Source: Eledone cirrhosa
Lineage: Eukaryota
Reading direction: 5' to 3'
DNA length: 64,000 nt
NCBI GenBank assembly: GCA_964016885.1
Contig: OZ024740.1
Location: forward strand, 186,992,001-187,056,000
How positions within the stretch are numbered: the first letter of the stretch is position 1; each line of letters starts with the position of its first letter. A program made the translations under genes and the position numbers. The notes under the pieces are model-generated. The model had not been told where the DNA came from. It saw nothing but the letters and a program-made list of their open reading frames with translations, and searched no databases. Shown piece after piece: positions 35,221-48,945 of the stretch.

Positions 35221-36609
35221 ATTGGAGAGAGATTAAGTTACAATTTCTATAAAATTGAGAAACCACATAGAAATTCCTTTGTTGGCTGTTTTGTTTTGTT
35301 TTATTTCCTTGCTGTTGTTCGACAATACTTCAAACAAAAACAAAAAGGTGATATTTTATGTAAAATTTATCAGGTTTCCCTTGAATTAGGAACTCAATAA
35401 TGTAATTGTTGAGGTGTGAGTAGGCATGAAAAGAAATAAATAAAATTGAGATATGATGACATTTTGTGAGTCTAAACTATAATCTTGAGATTATCAGAAG
35501 TAAATTTGATGTTGATTTAATTACACATTATTCACTATGACAACAACAACAACAATCACAAGCATCTTGCAATAATAGTGATGAAGTGATGATGATGTTC
35601 AACAACATGATAATCATTAACCACTGCAACAACAATGAAAGCTATCACAGCTGGTACATTTTTATTATCAGTACTTGAATATTCTTCATCAGTCAGTTTC
35701 TCTTATTCCCCCTATCCTTCATCATCATCAATGCTGCCACCACCACCTCCATAATCAACAATGCCACTATCATTATCATCATCATCATCATTAATGGCAC
35801 CATAACCATCATCAGCATCATAGTCTTTATCATAATACTCTCAATCTATTGCTCAAACTTTACAAATAACTATTTCACAATCTCGTCATCATCACTACGC
35901 ACACACACAATCACCAGCAGCACCACCAGCAACACCACCACCATTACAATTACTACTGCTACTACAAAAAGTGTTGGTACTACTAATAACATTAGAAGCC
36001 TAACTTTTAAACATTACAACCATCCATTGCTGACATAACCATGGTTATCATCACCACCATCATCATCATCATCATCAACATTAATAAATTCCTGTTATTT
36101 TGTCAACTATATCTTCCCAACGTTGCATAAGTAGAGCTCCTACTCATGCAGAAACATACCTTTGTCAACTTCCTCACAATCACCAACACAAGCAATAATC
36201 ACCACCACAAGCTACACCTACACCATATGGTATCTTTCAAAATATCAATGGCATTGAAAATACTACAGATAACTGCAACAATTAATTTAATCATAGATGA
36301 CAATCTACTGGAACTCCACAGCAGCTACATATGAATATCATACAGTGTCCATTACGTACAACCTACATGCAAATGTGTTGGAAGCCATACCACAACATAT
36401 TAAATTTTGAAGTGTTAAAAACAGTTACAGGCAGCAAATCCATCACCGTTTTGTGCATGCTCATATAAACACTCACACACACACATGTATATATATATAT
36501 ACAAATATATAATCATCTTCACCATTTAACATCCATTTTTTCACGCTTGCGTAGGTTAGATGAGTTGTCCTGTTGTGAGACAATCAGATCAGATGGCTGT
36601 GTCTTGCTC

Positions 36610-36654
<45 letters not shown>

Positions 36655-36657
<3 letters not shown>

Positions 36658-39600
36658 TTTATTAGCCACAGGGGCACAGAAGAAGGGGACAAATACAAAT
36701 GGGGAGTTTACATACAGGTATATGAAAATAAAACTGTTAATAAAATAACAAATAACAATTGATATCCCTAATAGGGGGGAGGTGTTACACAGGGGTTGTA
36801 CACACTCCGAAAAAATGTACAACCCTCAACTCCAGGAGCACCAAGAGTGAGTACTCCCCTCCTCTCTTCCTCTTTTTCCTCAACCTACAGGCTTATATAG
36901 AGAGAAGGCCCAACCACTCGGGCCATCTTTGCCACATTCACCCACCTTTTATAAAATTTGCTGGGGTACAGCACCTCTCTCTCCATCCTGATTCTTCTTC
37001 CAAAATGATATTTGAAAAAACGAATCAGTTGCTCACCGGAGAGAAAGATGTCTGACCTCAGCCCTTTTAACCTCGTGCACCATATAACCTCTTTCACCAT
37101 AGCCATGACACATAGGAAAACCGCCTCTCCCTCGTTTTTGAAGGAGGGTGGCGGTTTGATCATGACAATGGACTCGGTGGTCAACTGGATTGGTCCCACC
37201 CGCAACAATAGTCGTTTTACATAGCCCCACAGGTCGGTAACGCCCAGGCAGTGTATGAATGTGTGCGCTACGGTTTCCTCGTCACGCACGCATCTCGGAC
37301 AGATCTTTTTCGATGGGTCCCTATCCGGACGCCCATGTCTGTAGAGCTTGTCTCGAACTGGTAGAGCTCCTCGGTAGCACTGCCAGGCCAGGGACTTTTG
37401 GAAGTTGTCCATTGGTCCCGGGCGGAAGGTCCTACCGAACAGACTGGCCAGTTCGTCCTCCTCTATGCCTAGAGTTTCTCCGAGCATGTCGTCGCACTTG
37501 TTGCGGACCAATCCTCTATAGAATGTCGAAGTGGAGTCTCCAGTGATCGCAGGGTCCATTTGCCAGAGGACTGTGAGCGCCTGAGCACATTCGATGTGCC
37601 AGTCGCCCATTTTCCTCGGTCTTTGCTTGACCCAGGACTGCAGCTCGGTCAGTGAGACGAGTCGTGGGAAGGGTCGCCTCACAAACGGGGCCCACACCGG
37701 TTGTCTGGTGAGGAATACGTGAAGGTGCCGCAGCCTGAGCGCGTGTTTGCACATCGTCAGCCATGGCATCCCCAGCCATCCGTTTGAAGGGTGTTGGCAG
37801 CAGATGGATCTTCTCACCAAAGGAGCCCGTTTCTTCCAAAGGAATTGGAAGAGTGCGCGTTCCATTTTGGTGAGCGTTTTGGCTGGACAAGGCACAACGG
37901 TCAAGCGGTAGTAGATGACGGACGCTATAAAAATGTTCACCACCTCCGCTCGACCTTTCAAGGATAGTTTGCACTCGGCCCACTTCTGGGTGAGAGCAAA
38001 TACCTTGGCCGTCACCTCATTCCAGTTCTTCTCCACCTGGAGGTCCGGACCAAACCAGACCTCGAGCAGCTTTACCGGTTCTTCTGTCCAACGTCCGACG
38101 ACGCCATCGGAAGGCATCGGTTTGCCTCTCCACGTTCCGTGTTGCAAACCGACGGATTTGTCCCGGTTCAGCTTCGCTCCTGTGAACCTTTAGTATTCTT
38201 CCAGTAAGGTGCCGATCTCCCGAATTTGCGAGGTGCTCGACACCATTACTGTCACATCGTCGGCGTAGGCCGACGCTCCTTTTCGCAGTCCCGGTTCCAA
38301 AGGGATGCCCTGCAATAGCTCCAACTTCCGCAGTAGTGGCTCGAGAGTCAGTACGTACAGAAGGGAGGAGAGAGGGCATCCCTGTCGGATGGATCGCGTG
38401 ATATGGAACGACTCCGAGAGGTAGCCGTTCACCTTGACCGTTGAGCAGATGTTGCTGCTGTGCATTGCAGCAAACCAGCCCCTGAACATGGGTCCGAAGC
38501 TTGCCGCCTCGAGCACCGCATCCAGGTAATGATGGTCAACCCTATCGAAAGCCTTAAACTGATCCAAGTTGATCAGGGCCCCAAACCGAAGCCGGGTTTC
38601 CACCCTACCCCCTCTATGATGTATCGCATGAGGTGGAGGTTGTTGTGTATGGACCTGGTCGGGATTTCGCATGTCTGCGCTTCTCCCACCAGGTTTTCGA
38701 CGACAAGTGACAGCCTCTTTGCCAACACCTTGGCCAAAATCTGCAACTCTGTGTTGAGCAGAGTTATGGGCCGGAAGTTGCCTATGTCATCCCACTTGTT
38801 CTCGTCCTTCCTGACTAACGTGATTTCGCCCTTGGTCACAGAACTGGGAATTCTCCCGTTCTGCTGCCAGTTGCAGTAGACTGCTTCCAGGAGACCGGAG
38901 AATAAGTCCGGCATTGCTACGTAAAATTCGTAGGGTAGACCGTCGAGACCTGGAGATTTGCGTTTGCCGCATAGGCTCAGTGCGTCCCCTATCTCAGCCG
39001 CCGAAATCGGCCTTTCGCAGAACTTTGCCTCGCTGTCCGAGAGTCGCGGTAGGCCGTCGAGCTATGGACCGAAATCCATAGCCCCTCCAGGCGCGCCGCC
39101 CTGCCCGAAGAGTTGAGCAAAGTGCCGCTGAAAGGCCGCGCACATTTGCTTCGGCTCACGTATCAAGCGTCCGTCTTGGTCCTTCAAAGACCGAATCGTG
39201 GACTTGTTGCCACTTTTCGCCTCTGGCCCAGCTAACAGCGTTGGCTCCCTCGTTTCCCAGAGCACGTATTTTGCTTCTGACAACGCAGCCTTCATACTTT
39301 GTGTCGAAGAACTGGTCCAAGGCCGTTCTCGTCGCTAGCACGCTGGCTACGTTTCCACTCCTAAGTGCCTCTTCTACTTTATCTACCAGTTCCTTTTCGG
39401 TCTTATGTCTATCTAACACTAATTCTTTACTAAAACCTATCGACTCTAATCTAACTGCCCTCTTGAGAGAGTACCACCATCTGTTGTTGACAATGTCCCC
39501 CGTCAAGTGCTGCTTAACTAAAGTGCTAATCCGTCTGCTGTAGGCTTTGCATATCGGTAACGACAGGTTCAGCTTCCAGTAGCCGGGTCCCTGTCTATGG

Positions 39601-41320
39601 GTTTTGTCAAGGTTGACTAAGCAGGTCACTAATTTGTGATCTGAATAGGCAACCATGAACATTTGTGGACAGCTTAAAATTGTCCCTATACTTCTTTCTA
39701 ACTAGAACCCTATCTAGGTACGATCTAGATGTTCCGCTGCGATTAGTTCACGTCCACAGTGGCACAGTTGGAAAATCTAGTCGATATCTATCGGCCAGGT
39801 CAAATCGGCCGATTAACTGTTTGAGGCTGTTACACCCCTCTATCGGGACATGCTCCCACATAGTCCCAACATGCATCTAGGATTCCATTCCAGTCCCCCA
39901 CTAACAGCAGGGAGCGGGACGTTCCCATAAAATCTCTAGACGTTTGAAGAAGTCTGGCCGCGGTGTCCCGGATGGGGCATATGCGGCCACCAGCCTGAAG
40001 GCTCCACCTTCACTACCTTCAACGTCTAGGACCACCAGTCGACCCTCCGGGTCCAGATGTACCGTCTGTGTTACGAGGTCCAGGTGTTTCCGAAGCAAAA
40101 CGGCAACCCCACCCCCACCTCGCGGCTGACAGAGAGATGCGTAGATCTCACAGTCGTCGAAGATGGGGGCCAGTTGTCGCTTGCTGTGGATCCTGGACTC
40201 GCAAATGGCTACTACATCCATACTTTGCGACCTGAGGACGTTTAAGAGTTTGCCCTGTTTCCAGGGCATCCCCAGGCCGCGTACATTCACACATCCAACT
40301 CTTATATTGGCCATGTTGGTGCTGAAAATTAAAAGAAGAGGAACAGAAATCACTCACCTCTTCGTCTCCTGGGGACCAGGCTGCACAATTTCCATGGGAG
40401 AGTTGGAGGGGTTGTTTGGTGGGGTCGTGGTCTCTGGCGGGTTGGGGACGGAGATGTTTGGTGGGGAGGGGTGTCAGGTGGGGTGGGGGTGGGGAAACAT
40501 TTCAAAAGTATGCTGTTATAGGGTTTGACGCAGGGGTTACCTACGTAATTAGGAAATTTTTCTTTTAACTGATTATGTGTGTCCATGGAGATCCTAATCA
40601 TTTTAAGATTAGGATTCTCCAAAGAGTGTGTAAAAGTTTTCCCTTCGGTGGAGACCGAAGGGTTTTTATATATGGTGTCTGTTAAAGTTTTATCGTTAGT
40701 ATTTATGTAGGTATTAAAATTTTTGTTGTGTTGTGTTGCTTTATTTCTGTGGTTCTTGTGTGTGTTTATGTTTTGTAGTAGGTGTATTGTTTTCAGGGGG
40801 GGGGGGGTTGTGCTGTTTGCATCGCTTGTATTGGTGTTTGTGTGTTTGTTGCATTTTTGTTTGTGTTATGTCTTTTCTTTTTTCTTTTTACTGGTCGGAA
40901 AGGCTCTCCCTCATCGTCACTGGGTGACGATGATGAGGCCTGATCCGTGTTGTTGGGGAGGGGTACATTTTAGGGAGCTGTTATGTGTGTGGGTGTTTCT
41001 GGAGTTGTGTTAGGTGGGGAGTGGTTGGGTCGGACTGTGTTTGCAGTTTGGTTTGTTTTTGTGTGTTGTTGTTGTTGTTGTGGTGGGGGTTGTGTTGTTG
41101 TGTTGGGTGTCGGCAGTAGTGTTTTTTTTAATGCAGTTAATTGAGGACAGGAAGCCCTCAGGTGACCACTGCTTAAACAGTGGTAACATGAAGGCCGCCT
41201 ACCCTCAACAGAAATGTTTATGTAGGAATTTCCATCCAGAGGCACACGTTGTGGTATTCTAGCTATCCGTTCTGGTCTCATTTGAAGCAGAACTTCTAAG
41301 CTTGTACCGTTGAATATGCC
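36655..41320 (-). mobile_element. Tx1-C: divergent Tx1/L1-clade LINE, 5'-truncated in ORF1, 3' end in (TA)n
   Basis: ORF1 knuckle VEGRRPSCYHCLSSGHLRASC; ORF2 MANIRVGCVNVRGLG (ATG 40314), YSDHK, RQGCPLS, AYADD, CPRCVRDEETVAHTFIHC; 3' end AATAAAGAC then (AT)n. The 5' boundary is approximate. Confidence 0.92.
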
Positions 41321-41553
41321 CTGGAGGACTTTCCTACCGAAATTACTGTATCTTCATCAAAATTGATGAAACCAGCTAATATCCACCAGATTTTATATAT
41401 CCACCAATTTTTTACTTTTATTTTTTTGGTCCTTTTTCCCTTTTTAAAATTAATAATTTTACATTCATTTAAATCAATTACAATAATATTGTTTCATATT
41501 TTCATGAATCATTATCAAACATATATCCACATATGACATATACTTAAAAAAAA

Positions 41554-42674
41554 TCTTTATATGTATAAAACGAGGATGTGTGTGTGTGTGTGTACAACTT
41601 TGCATACTTAAGGCTTTTACAATTACCAACTGAATTTGACCAACCTTTCTGTGCACGTTGCACACGTCGCTAAGATTATCACATCACAAACATTTTTCAA
41701 ATCGACCCACGTTGAACAATAAAAAATCGATATCAAAATTATCGGTAGCAAAATTGATGTAAGGGAGATAACCAACTTTATTGACAATCCTTATAAAAAA
41801 GGGAGATAACTAACTTTTCAGAAATATAAATATCACATTCATTTGAAGATAAATCACTAATATTATCGTTTGTTTCTTGTTTATTCTTTGTTGCACTTTC
41901 AAAGTTAAAAGAATACTTGTTGTTTTAACTTGTTTCACTATATTAAGTGTTCATTTTCGCGTTAAGGGCCTAATCTCGCAGCAGTCTCGAATTGACGAGA
42001 TTTTGATGATGGTTTGTTTATTTTTAGAACAATCGTTATGGGACTTTCCATTCAAACCATTGGGACCTACAACTTTTACATTTTTAAAACTCTCATAAGC
42101 CATGTTGATACAAAAAAAAATTTGTTGTACTTTCGAAGTTAACTGTAACGCTTCAATACATACATTTTGACTTTACAACTTTTCACCAAATATGGTAAAA
42201 GAAAGTATGCTCATATTGGCTCTCAGTCGAAGAAAACAATGCGTGTAAATGACGCTCCGCCGATAACCGTTGACTTCACCTTACTCATTACAAAACATAC
42301 CAATGAATATGTCATACAGGATATTTTGGATTATAAGTTAAAAATCTATTCTACTCTCATTGTTTTTTTGTTTGTATACAACTCTGCTTTCATTACAACT
42401 TTTTGTACTTTAGCAAAACTGCCTGTTTTTTTACAGATTTGCAACGTGTATTGTCTTTAATCATTTGTAAAACTACATCCTGTTCAATGTTTTCCTTCAT
42501 TATCAGCATAGTTTTATGTGTACAAAGATTGCACTAAATATTTGTTTGCATTAATTATTGAAGACTTCTGCTTATTTTGACAGGTTGGGGACGAATAATG
42601 TTCTTCTTTTACTTCCTAGCTGTATATTCTTAGCATAATTTCAAACCCCAAGCAACGCCGGGTAAATCTGCTAG
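41554..42674 (+). mobile_element. Non-autonomous Helitron (~1.1 kb)
   Basis: A|TCTTTATATGTATAAAA 5' end, subterminal (GT)n, 3' GC-rich hairpin CCCCAAGCAACGCCGGG followed by CTAG|T; A-T insertion site with no TSD. Confidence 0.75.
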
Positions 42675-44427
42675 TACTTTCTAAATTGTTAATTATAAAA
42701 AATATGGAGAAAATTTTATGAAACTTTATGATAAAAAACATTGCAACATTATCAAAATATTCATTACCCAATGTTCATTTCTTAAAGATAATGAGGGTGA
42801 ACAGAGAAAAAGCTTTTGGCTGCTATTTCTAGAATATTTTAAATATGTAATGGAAATCCATAGGAAAATTTATACCACTCATTTGAAAAATTATGTCTAA
42901 TTCATTAACGAATCTTCCTGTCTTTTAAAGAGGATGGGATGGGCTTAGATTAAGAGATTTTGGCTGTTATTTCTAGTGAGTCAGGCAATCCTATAAAGGC
43001 TTATTTGTGGGTTTGTAAATGTTGTTGTCCTTAGATTAGCACCAGATCAGCTGTGGTCAACAGATCTATGATCAAAGGATATCCAATAGTGTCCCCCCCA
43101 CCCACTTTTATTCAGTCATTGTGTATTTATGAATTCAATATGTAATTCCATCTATTTTTTTTAAAAGTCTGTCTGTATTTGTGATTGCATAACAAAATTA
43201 CCCAATGTAATATCACATTATTACCATTTATATGCAGATGTGCATGTGTGTGGAGAGGGGAGTAGGTGGATGTGTGTGTGTGTGTATCTGTATGTCATCA
43301 TTTAACATCTATTTTCCCTGTAAGCAAGGGTTGGATGGATTGTTACAAATTGAGTCAATACTGAAGCAAAGCTACTGAACTTTCAAATGAACCAGATGCC
43401 TGCATCTCACATACATATAATCTTGTGTGCGCATTTTACCATGGCACCATCATCATCATCACAACCATCATCATTTAATATTTATTTTCCATGTTTGCAT
43501 TGCTTCAACAGCTTGTCACATTCTGAGACTAGACAGGTCAGATGATCGTGTGACCTGCATACATTCTTTTTTGGTAGGGTTTCTATAGCTAAATGTCCTT
43601 AACACCAACCACTGCATCAGGTAATAATTACCCTCAATATGTATGAATTTATGGAAGTTAGAGCTATTATTTTACATCTGTTTTGTTTCATGCTTACATT
43701 GATTGGTCAAAAGCTGAAGCTTAACCAGTTTCATGGAATATAAGTGACTGAAAGAATAAAACTGAGAGTTAAGTGAATATGTATGTATAACTGTGTGTGT
43801 ACGTATGAATACACACATGTGTATGTATCACTATAACATCAATAAACCTTTTGTTGGATCCTAAAATCAAGGTACATCATTCTCATCTATATATAAATTT
43901 CAGTGAATTCCGTCTGTCACACAATGTGTGTGTGTGTGTGAATGTGTGTGCATTTATGTGAATATGTTCGTGATTGAGAATTTTTGTAAGTGTATCTGTG
44001 TTTGCGTGTTTATATTTATATACTTATACATATAAATAAACATACACATCAGCGTGTTGACAACATTTCTAGTTATATGAAAATACAACTTATTTTTCAT
44101 TTTACTGCAAATTTTTTATATTACACTCACATTCTTTACAGAGGTTTGAAACTATGAAAACAATTAAGTGTCTAATATCCTCACTATGCAGCAATCATAC
44201 ACATAATTTTAATTACCACTCCTTATCTACATTCTGGCATTTTCTTTATTTCTCTCACTCTCTCACTCAACTTCCCTGAATCAGTTTCTCAATCTCTCCT
44301 CCTCTTTCATTAGACAGCTTGTAATGATAATAAGAGCTGGCGATTATTTTAAAGATAATATTTACAAACCTGATAATTCAGAAATTAAATAATTTGATAA
44401 ATTTTTACTGGATTTCTTAATAAAAAA

Positions 44428-44465
<38 letters not shown>

Positions 44466-44944
44466 GGTATTCCAACTGAAAAAATAATGTCATTATTTCT
44501 GGAGATATTGCAAATATTGACTTTGTTTAACAAGAAACAATGGCAATTCTTTTAGAAGACAGCAGCTATAGGCAAGTAGTTTTGTTTGACTCTTCAATTC
44601 CCAACATAGCTTACTAGTACTTAATCTAAGAGAGATTTAAACTAAAATTAAGACTGAGCACAGTGAGTTTTGAACTGAGTAGAAAGACAGCAAATTAGTA
44701 GAGGTGTTAAAATACCAAACATAATACCTTGCAGCATATGTTCCAGCTCTCTGTGATCTGATTTCAAAACATGCTCATGTCAAATTTGCTTTTTATCATT
44801 TCAAGGTCAATAAATAAAGTACCAATCTATGGCAGTAGATTGGTGGATTTGGAAGAGCATCAGGCAAATATCCATACTATATCAGTTCCAGCTCTTCTGA
44901 ATTCTAATTTTCCACCTTACCATAAGAGCATGTGGTTAGAATGT

Positions 44945-45165
44945 CTCAGGAAAGAATTTATTTGAATTTTACAGGTAAAACCAACCAGCAGGTGACCCAG
45001 GAGTTGACCCTGAGCAAGATGGTTGGATATCATCCATGAGCTCCGCTGGTGTAACTTGGGGATCCAGCTGGATCAATTGGAGATAGTTGCTTTTGATAGG
45101 AAGACCTAGTGGAAGGCGAGCTTAAGGACTCTTCCCTCATGACCATCCCAGGAATAAGTGGGTGG
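44945..45165 (+). mobile_element. Decayed RTE (Expander-like) ORF C-terminus
   Basis: Conceptual translation KPTSR*PRS*P*ARWLDIIHELRWCNLGIQLDQLEIVAFDRKT resembles the Expander-type GRRPRGRPRTRW...LGI...LEEVA end. Confidence 0.55.
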
Positions 45166-45547
45166 ATTATCTGTTCTCTTTTGTGCCTCCTCTTCTTTCT
45201 GGTCTTAATCTGTTAATTCATCTTGTCCTTTTATTCTGTTCTTAAAATAATGATTTTGTCCTTTGTTTTACCATTTATTTATACACTGAGAACATTATAA
45301 AACAAAAGATACAGATTGAAAAATAAGTTTCAATTGTGCCTTGGTGGTGATTGCTGTTTAGCTCCAAGACGGAGCTCTCATTGGACAAACATATGACAAA
45401 GAATATTTCAGCTGTGACAATCACATTTTGTTTTCAAGAAGAATAATTTACTTTGGGCTACATTATTTTTGTTTTGCATTTATTAAATATGTGTGTTTTG
45501 ATAGAGATATGAATATTATTTCTAGCAGGTCAAGTGTCATTATATTT

Positions 45548-46023
45548 TGGTTAGTTCGTCAAACTTCTTTTGTCACACATTCTGTGACCTCCTCAATGAC
45601 TATCTGTTCTCTTTTGTGCCCCTTTTTTTTGGTTAATTCATCTTCTCTTCTTTTTCTATTGTAAATATAATTGTTTCTACTATTGGCACAAAGCCAGCAA
45701 TTACCCAGTACATTACTGGTACATTATTTTATCGACCCCGTAAGGATGAAAGTCAAAGTTAACCTTAGCGGGATTTGAAGCCATTCTGAGTTCAAATCCC
45801 GCTGAGGTTAACTTGCCTTTCATCCTTACGGGGTCGATAAAATAATGTACCAGTAATGTACTTGGTAATTGCTGGCCTTGTGTTAATAGTAGAAACAATT
45901 ATATTTACAATAGAAAAAAAAGAGAAGATGAATTAACCAAAAAAAAAGAGGCACAAAAGAGAACAGATAGTCATTGAGGAGGTCACAAAATGTGTGACAA
46001 AAGAATTTTTACGAACTAACCAA
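45548..46023. repeat. Large foldback inverted repeat (~232 bp arms, ~11 bp spacer): SINE 3' half + Penelope-like pLTR relic
   Basis: 45548-45779 is the reverse complement of 45791-46023 with scattered mismatches. Confidence 0.93.
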
Positions 46024-46486
46024 TAATTAGTAAGAGCGAAAATCATATGGTTTGAGTGTTTTATTCATAATACCATGACTATCCCTAAATATAACAATAG
46101 TTGATTATGTCTTTAAGTAAAAACAAAATTAAATCCTAATTTGGTCATCAGTTTTTTCATGCAACAAGCAAGCTTCTGCCCAATAACACTTAATATTGGA
46201 TTTCCAAACAGCATCATTCGTTTACCAAAGTTATCTATTCTTCCCTCATGCAAATATATATGGCAATGTGCTCCAGGGGGTTATTTTCTACTCCCTTTCT
46301 ATATAGTTCATTTTTTAAATTTCACTACCTTCTTCTTCAATCTAAAAATACTGTGCAACTTATGAAAAACCAATTTCGTTCTGCTTCAGTGAATCAGGTT
46401 TTTCACATAAGATGATATTCTATTATTTCACCTTTCTTCAAAGAAATTTTACATTAAAATAAACAAATCTATAAGCTAGTTATGTA

Positions 46487-46532
<46 letters not shown>

Positions 46533-47682
46533 TATCCATGTAAAATATCAAAATATATAAATAAAAGGGAATAAAGTACTTTCAAATAAGAATTAACTGA
46601 GAAATATTTTTTTAATTCTTTTTAGATGACTGCAATAAATAATATATTGAGTTAGTGTTGTTCCCAACCTCTCTATCCTACTTTAGATACCAATTTTCTG
46701 CTTTCCAATCATGATGAATGATTTCATATATATTTATTTAAAAGTTTAAATTAGTGACTTATTGATTGATTGATTGATTGATTGATTATCTATGTGTGTA
46801 CTTATATAAGTGAGTGTGTGCCTGTATGCATATGTTACAATATATATGTGTTCAAGTCTATGTAACCACCAGAAAAAAAAAGCGAAAGAAAAAAATGGAA
46901 AATAAGTATAAGGTGGCAATAATGTAAGAAGAAAGTTGGAAAATAAAATTCAACTTCTAAAATAAAATCCAATGCAAAAAAAACGTTTAAAAAATCTACT
47001 CTCATGCTAAGTGCACACACATACTTTTATTATTTTCTTTCTTTTCACCTAGTTTATTCCATGCATACCAATAATTGCATCAGGCTGCTCGAAGTAATAG
47101 GACCATTTATGCAGAAATCACCACATTTAACTGAAGGCTATTCTCACCTCCAAACTTTAGATTTATATTTTTCTATGTATTGTTTTCCATGGCATAATTT
47201 TACACTTATGGCTTTTAAGGTTTGTAGACAATGAGAAGTGTGCTAAAAATGCTATAAATCACATAGATTTTACACTGATCAGCATGTTTATGATTGTAAA
47301 CCACTGACACAAGATGACTATCTGTGGAAGCAATATTAATGTGCCTTCAAAGTCTTTGACGTGGAAAATCCTGAATAAGACAAAGGAAAAAAAGGTATTA
47401 TGTATACACACGCATACACACACACATATATATACAAGCATACATACATCAGCATATACATATATAAAGTGTGTGTGAGATTTGTGTATAATGTTCATAA
47501 CTATAATATATATGAAGGAGAGGAAGAAAGTGAGAGAAACAGAGAGGCACAGGGAAAGTCTATATAGTTAAAAAGTTCTCTTTCTAACCAGTGTTTTAGT
47601 CTGCAACCCTGGCATGTGAATGGAATTTGGGTGGTGGATATATTGAAGAAGCCTGTTATATATATATATTATATATATATAT

Positions 47683-47729
<47 letters not shown>

Positions 47730-47733
<4 letters not shown>

Positions 47734-47945
47734 TCATCATCTTCATCGTTTAACGTCCATATTCCACGCTTGCATGGATTTGGATGGGAGTTTTCCCACT
47801 TGAGGCAAGAGTGGTTGTCTTGCTCGCATAGGACTGTCTGGCGGGTTTTCTATGGCTGGATGCCCTTCCTAACAGCAACCACATTTACAGTGTGGAACTG
47901 GGAGGTTTTTACCGTGTTACCTACACGCCCACATTACAGCGTGGA

Positions 47946-47948
<3 letters not shown>
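47730..47948 (-). mobile_element. RTE 3' end fragment embedded in (TA)n
   Basis: Matches 8161-8376; long TA tracts on both sides. Confidence 0.9.
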
Positions 47949-47990
<42 letters not shown>

Positions 47991-48308
47991 TAATTAAAAT
48001 GCGATTCATCTCTAATACTTAGATATCTCTATGAATGGATAAAATACACAGATAAAATATCACCCAGAGAAGGAATTTTACATATTAGACTTATGCCAAA
48101 ATACTCTATTTAGGGAAGTATAAGTCAGACAAAATTCTAAAGAATTCTTCCCTGATGATATAACAAGTTTTCCACTATTGGTTATTCCAATTATTTAAAA
48201 TGGCTGGTATTGTTTCTTTTGTTTTTGAAACCATGGTAGGGAGATTCATTTATTTTAGTCTGTCTGACTTATACACCCTTAAATAGAGATTGTTGCCATA
48301 AGTTTAAT

Positions 48309-48339
<31 letters not shown>

Positions 48340-48341
<2 letters not shown>

Positions 48342-48945
48342 CAGTTTTTCTCTAAGTTTATCAAAGCCCTATCATTCATGCACACTAACATTTCACATCC
48401 ATTTCTCTCCTGCTTCCACATATCCTCTGCATTTACAACCCATATCTCACTGGGATGCAACAATCCATTCCTCGTGCAGGTGTCATACAATCTATTCTTT
48501 GCTTGGAGAGAAAATCCCTTTGTCGTGAACAGAGATAGTAGCTCCCTGAACTTTCTCCATTCTTTTTTCATTCTAGATACAATGCTGTCAGAGCAACCTC
48601 CTCTACTGCTAATTAGATCACCTAGGAAACAGAAGCTATCAACTACATCGATAAATCCTTCGCAGAACTGGAAATAGTTTATTTCACTGGAGCTCTTAGT
48701 GCTAACTATCCCTGTGCATCTCCCATATATAAATCTTTTTGTTAGTCTGCCTACAATAACTCTACATCACTTATATACATATATTTTACATTGTATAGAG
48801 TTCCTGCCATTTCATTTTGAGCATAGCCATAACCCTGAAGAGACCATCCTTTTGTTTTCTATCAGTCTTAATTATACTTTGTTCTTTGATAATTTTACTC
48901 TGAGCTCTTTTGATTCGAAATTCTGTTTCCACAGTAGGAATTTCC
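48340..48945 (-). mobile_element. Old RTE LINE fragment
   Basis: WRKFRELLSLFTTKGFSL...RLYDTC...HPSEIW. Confidence 0.8.

Noticed and set aside
35520-36330. His/Thr/Gln-rich coding exon
   Set aside because: Degenerate CAT/CAC/CAA trinucleotide tract with frequent stops and no clear splice signals.
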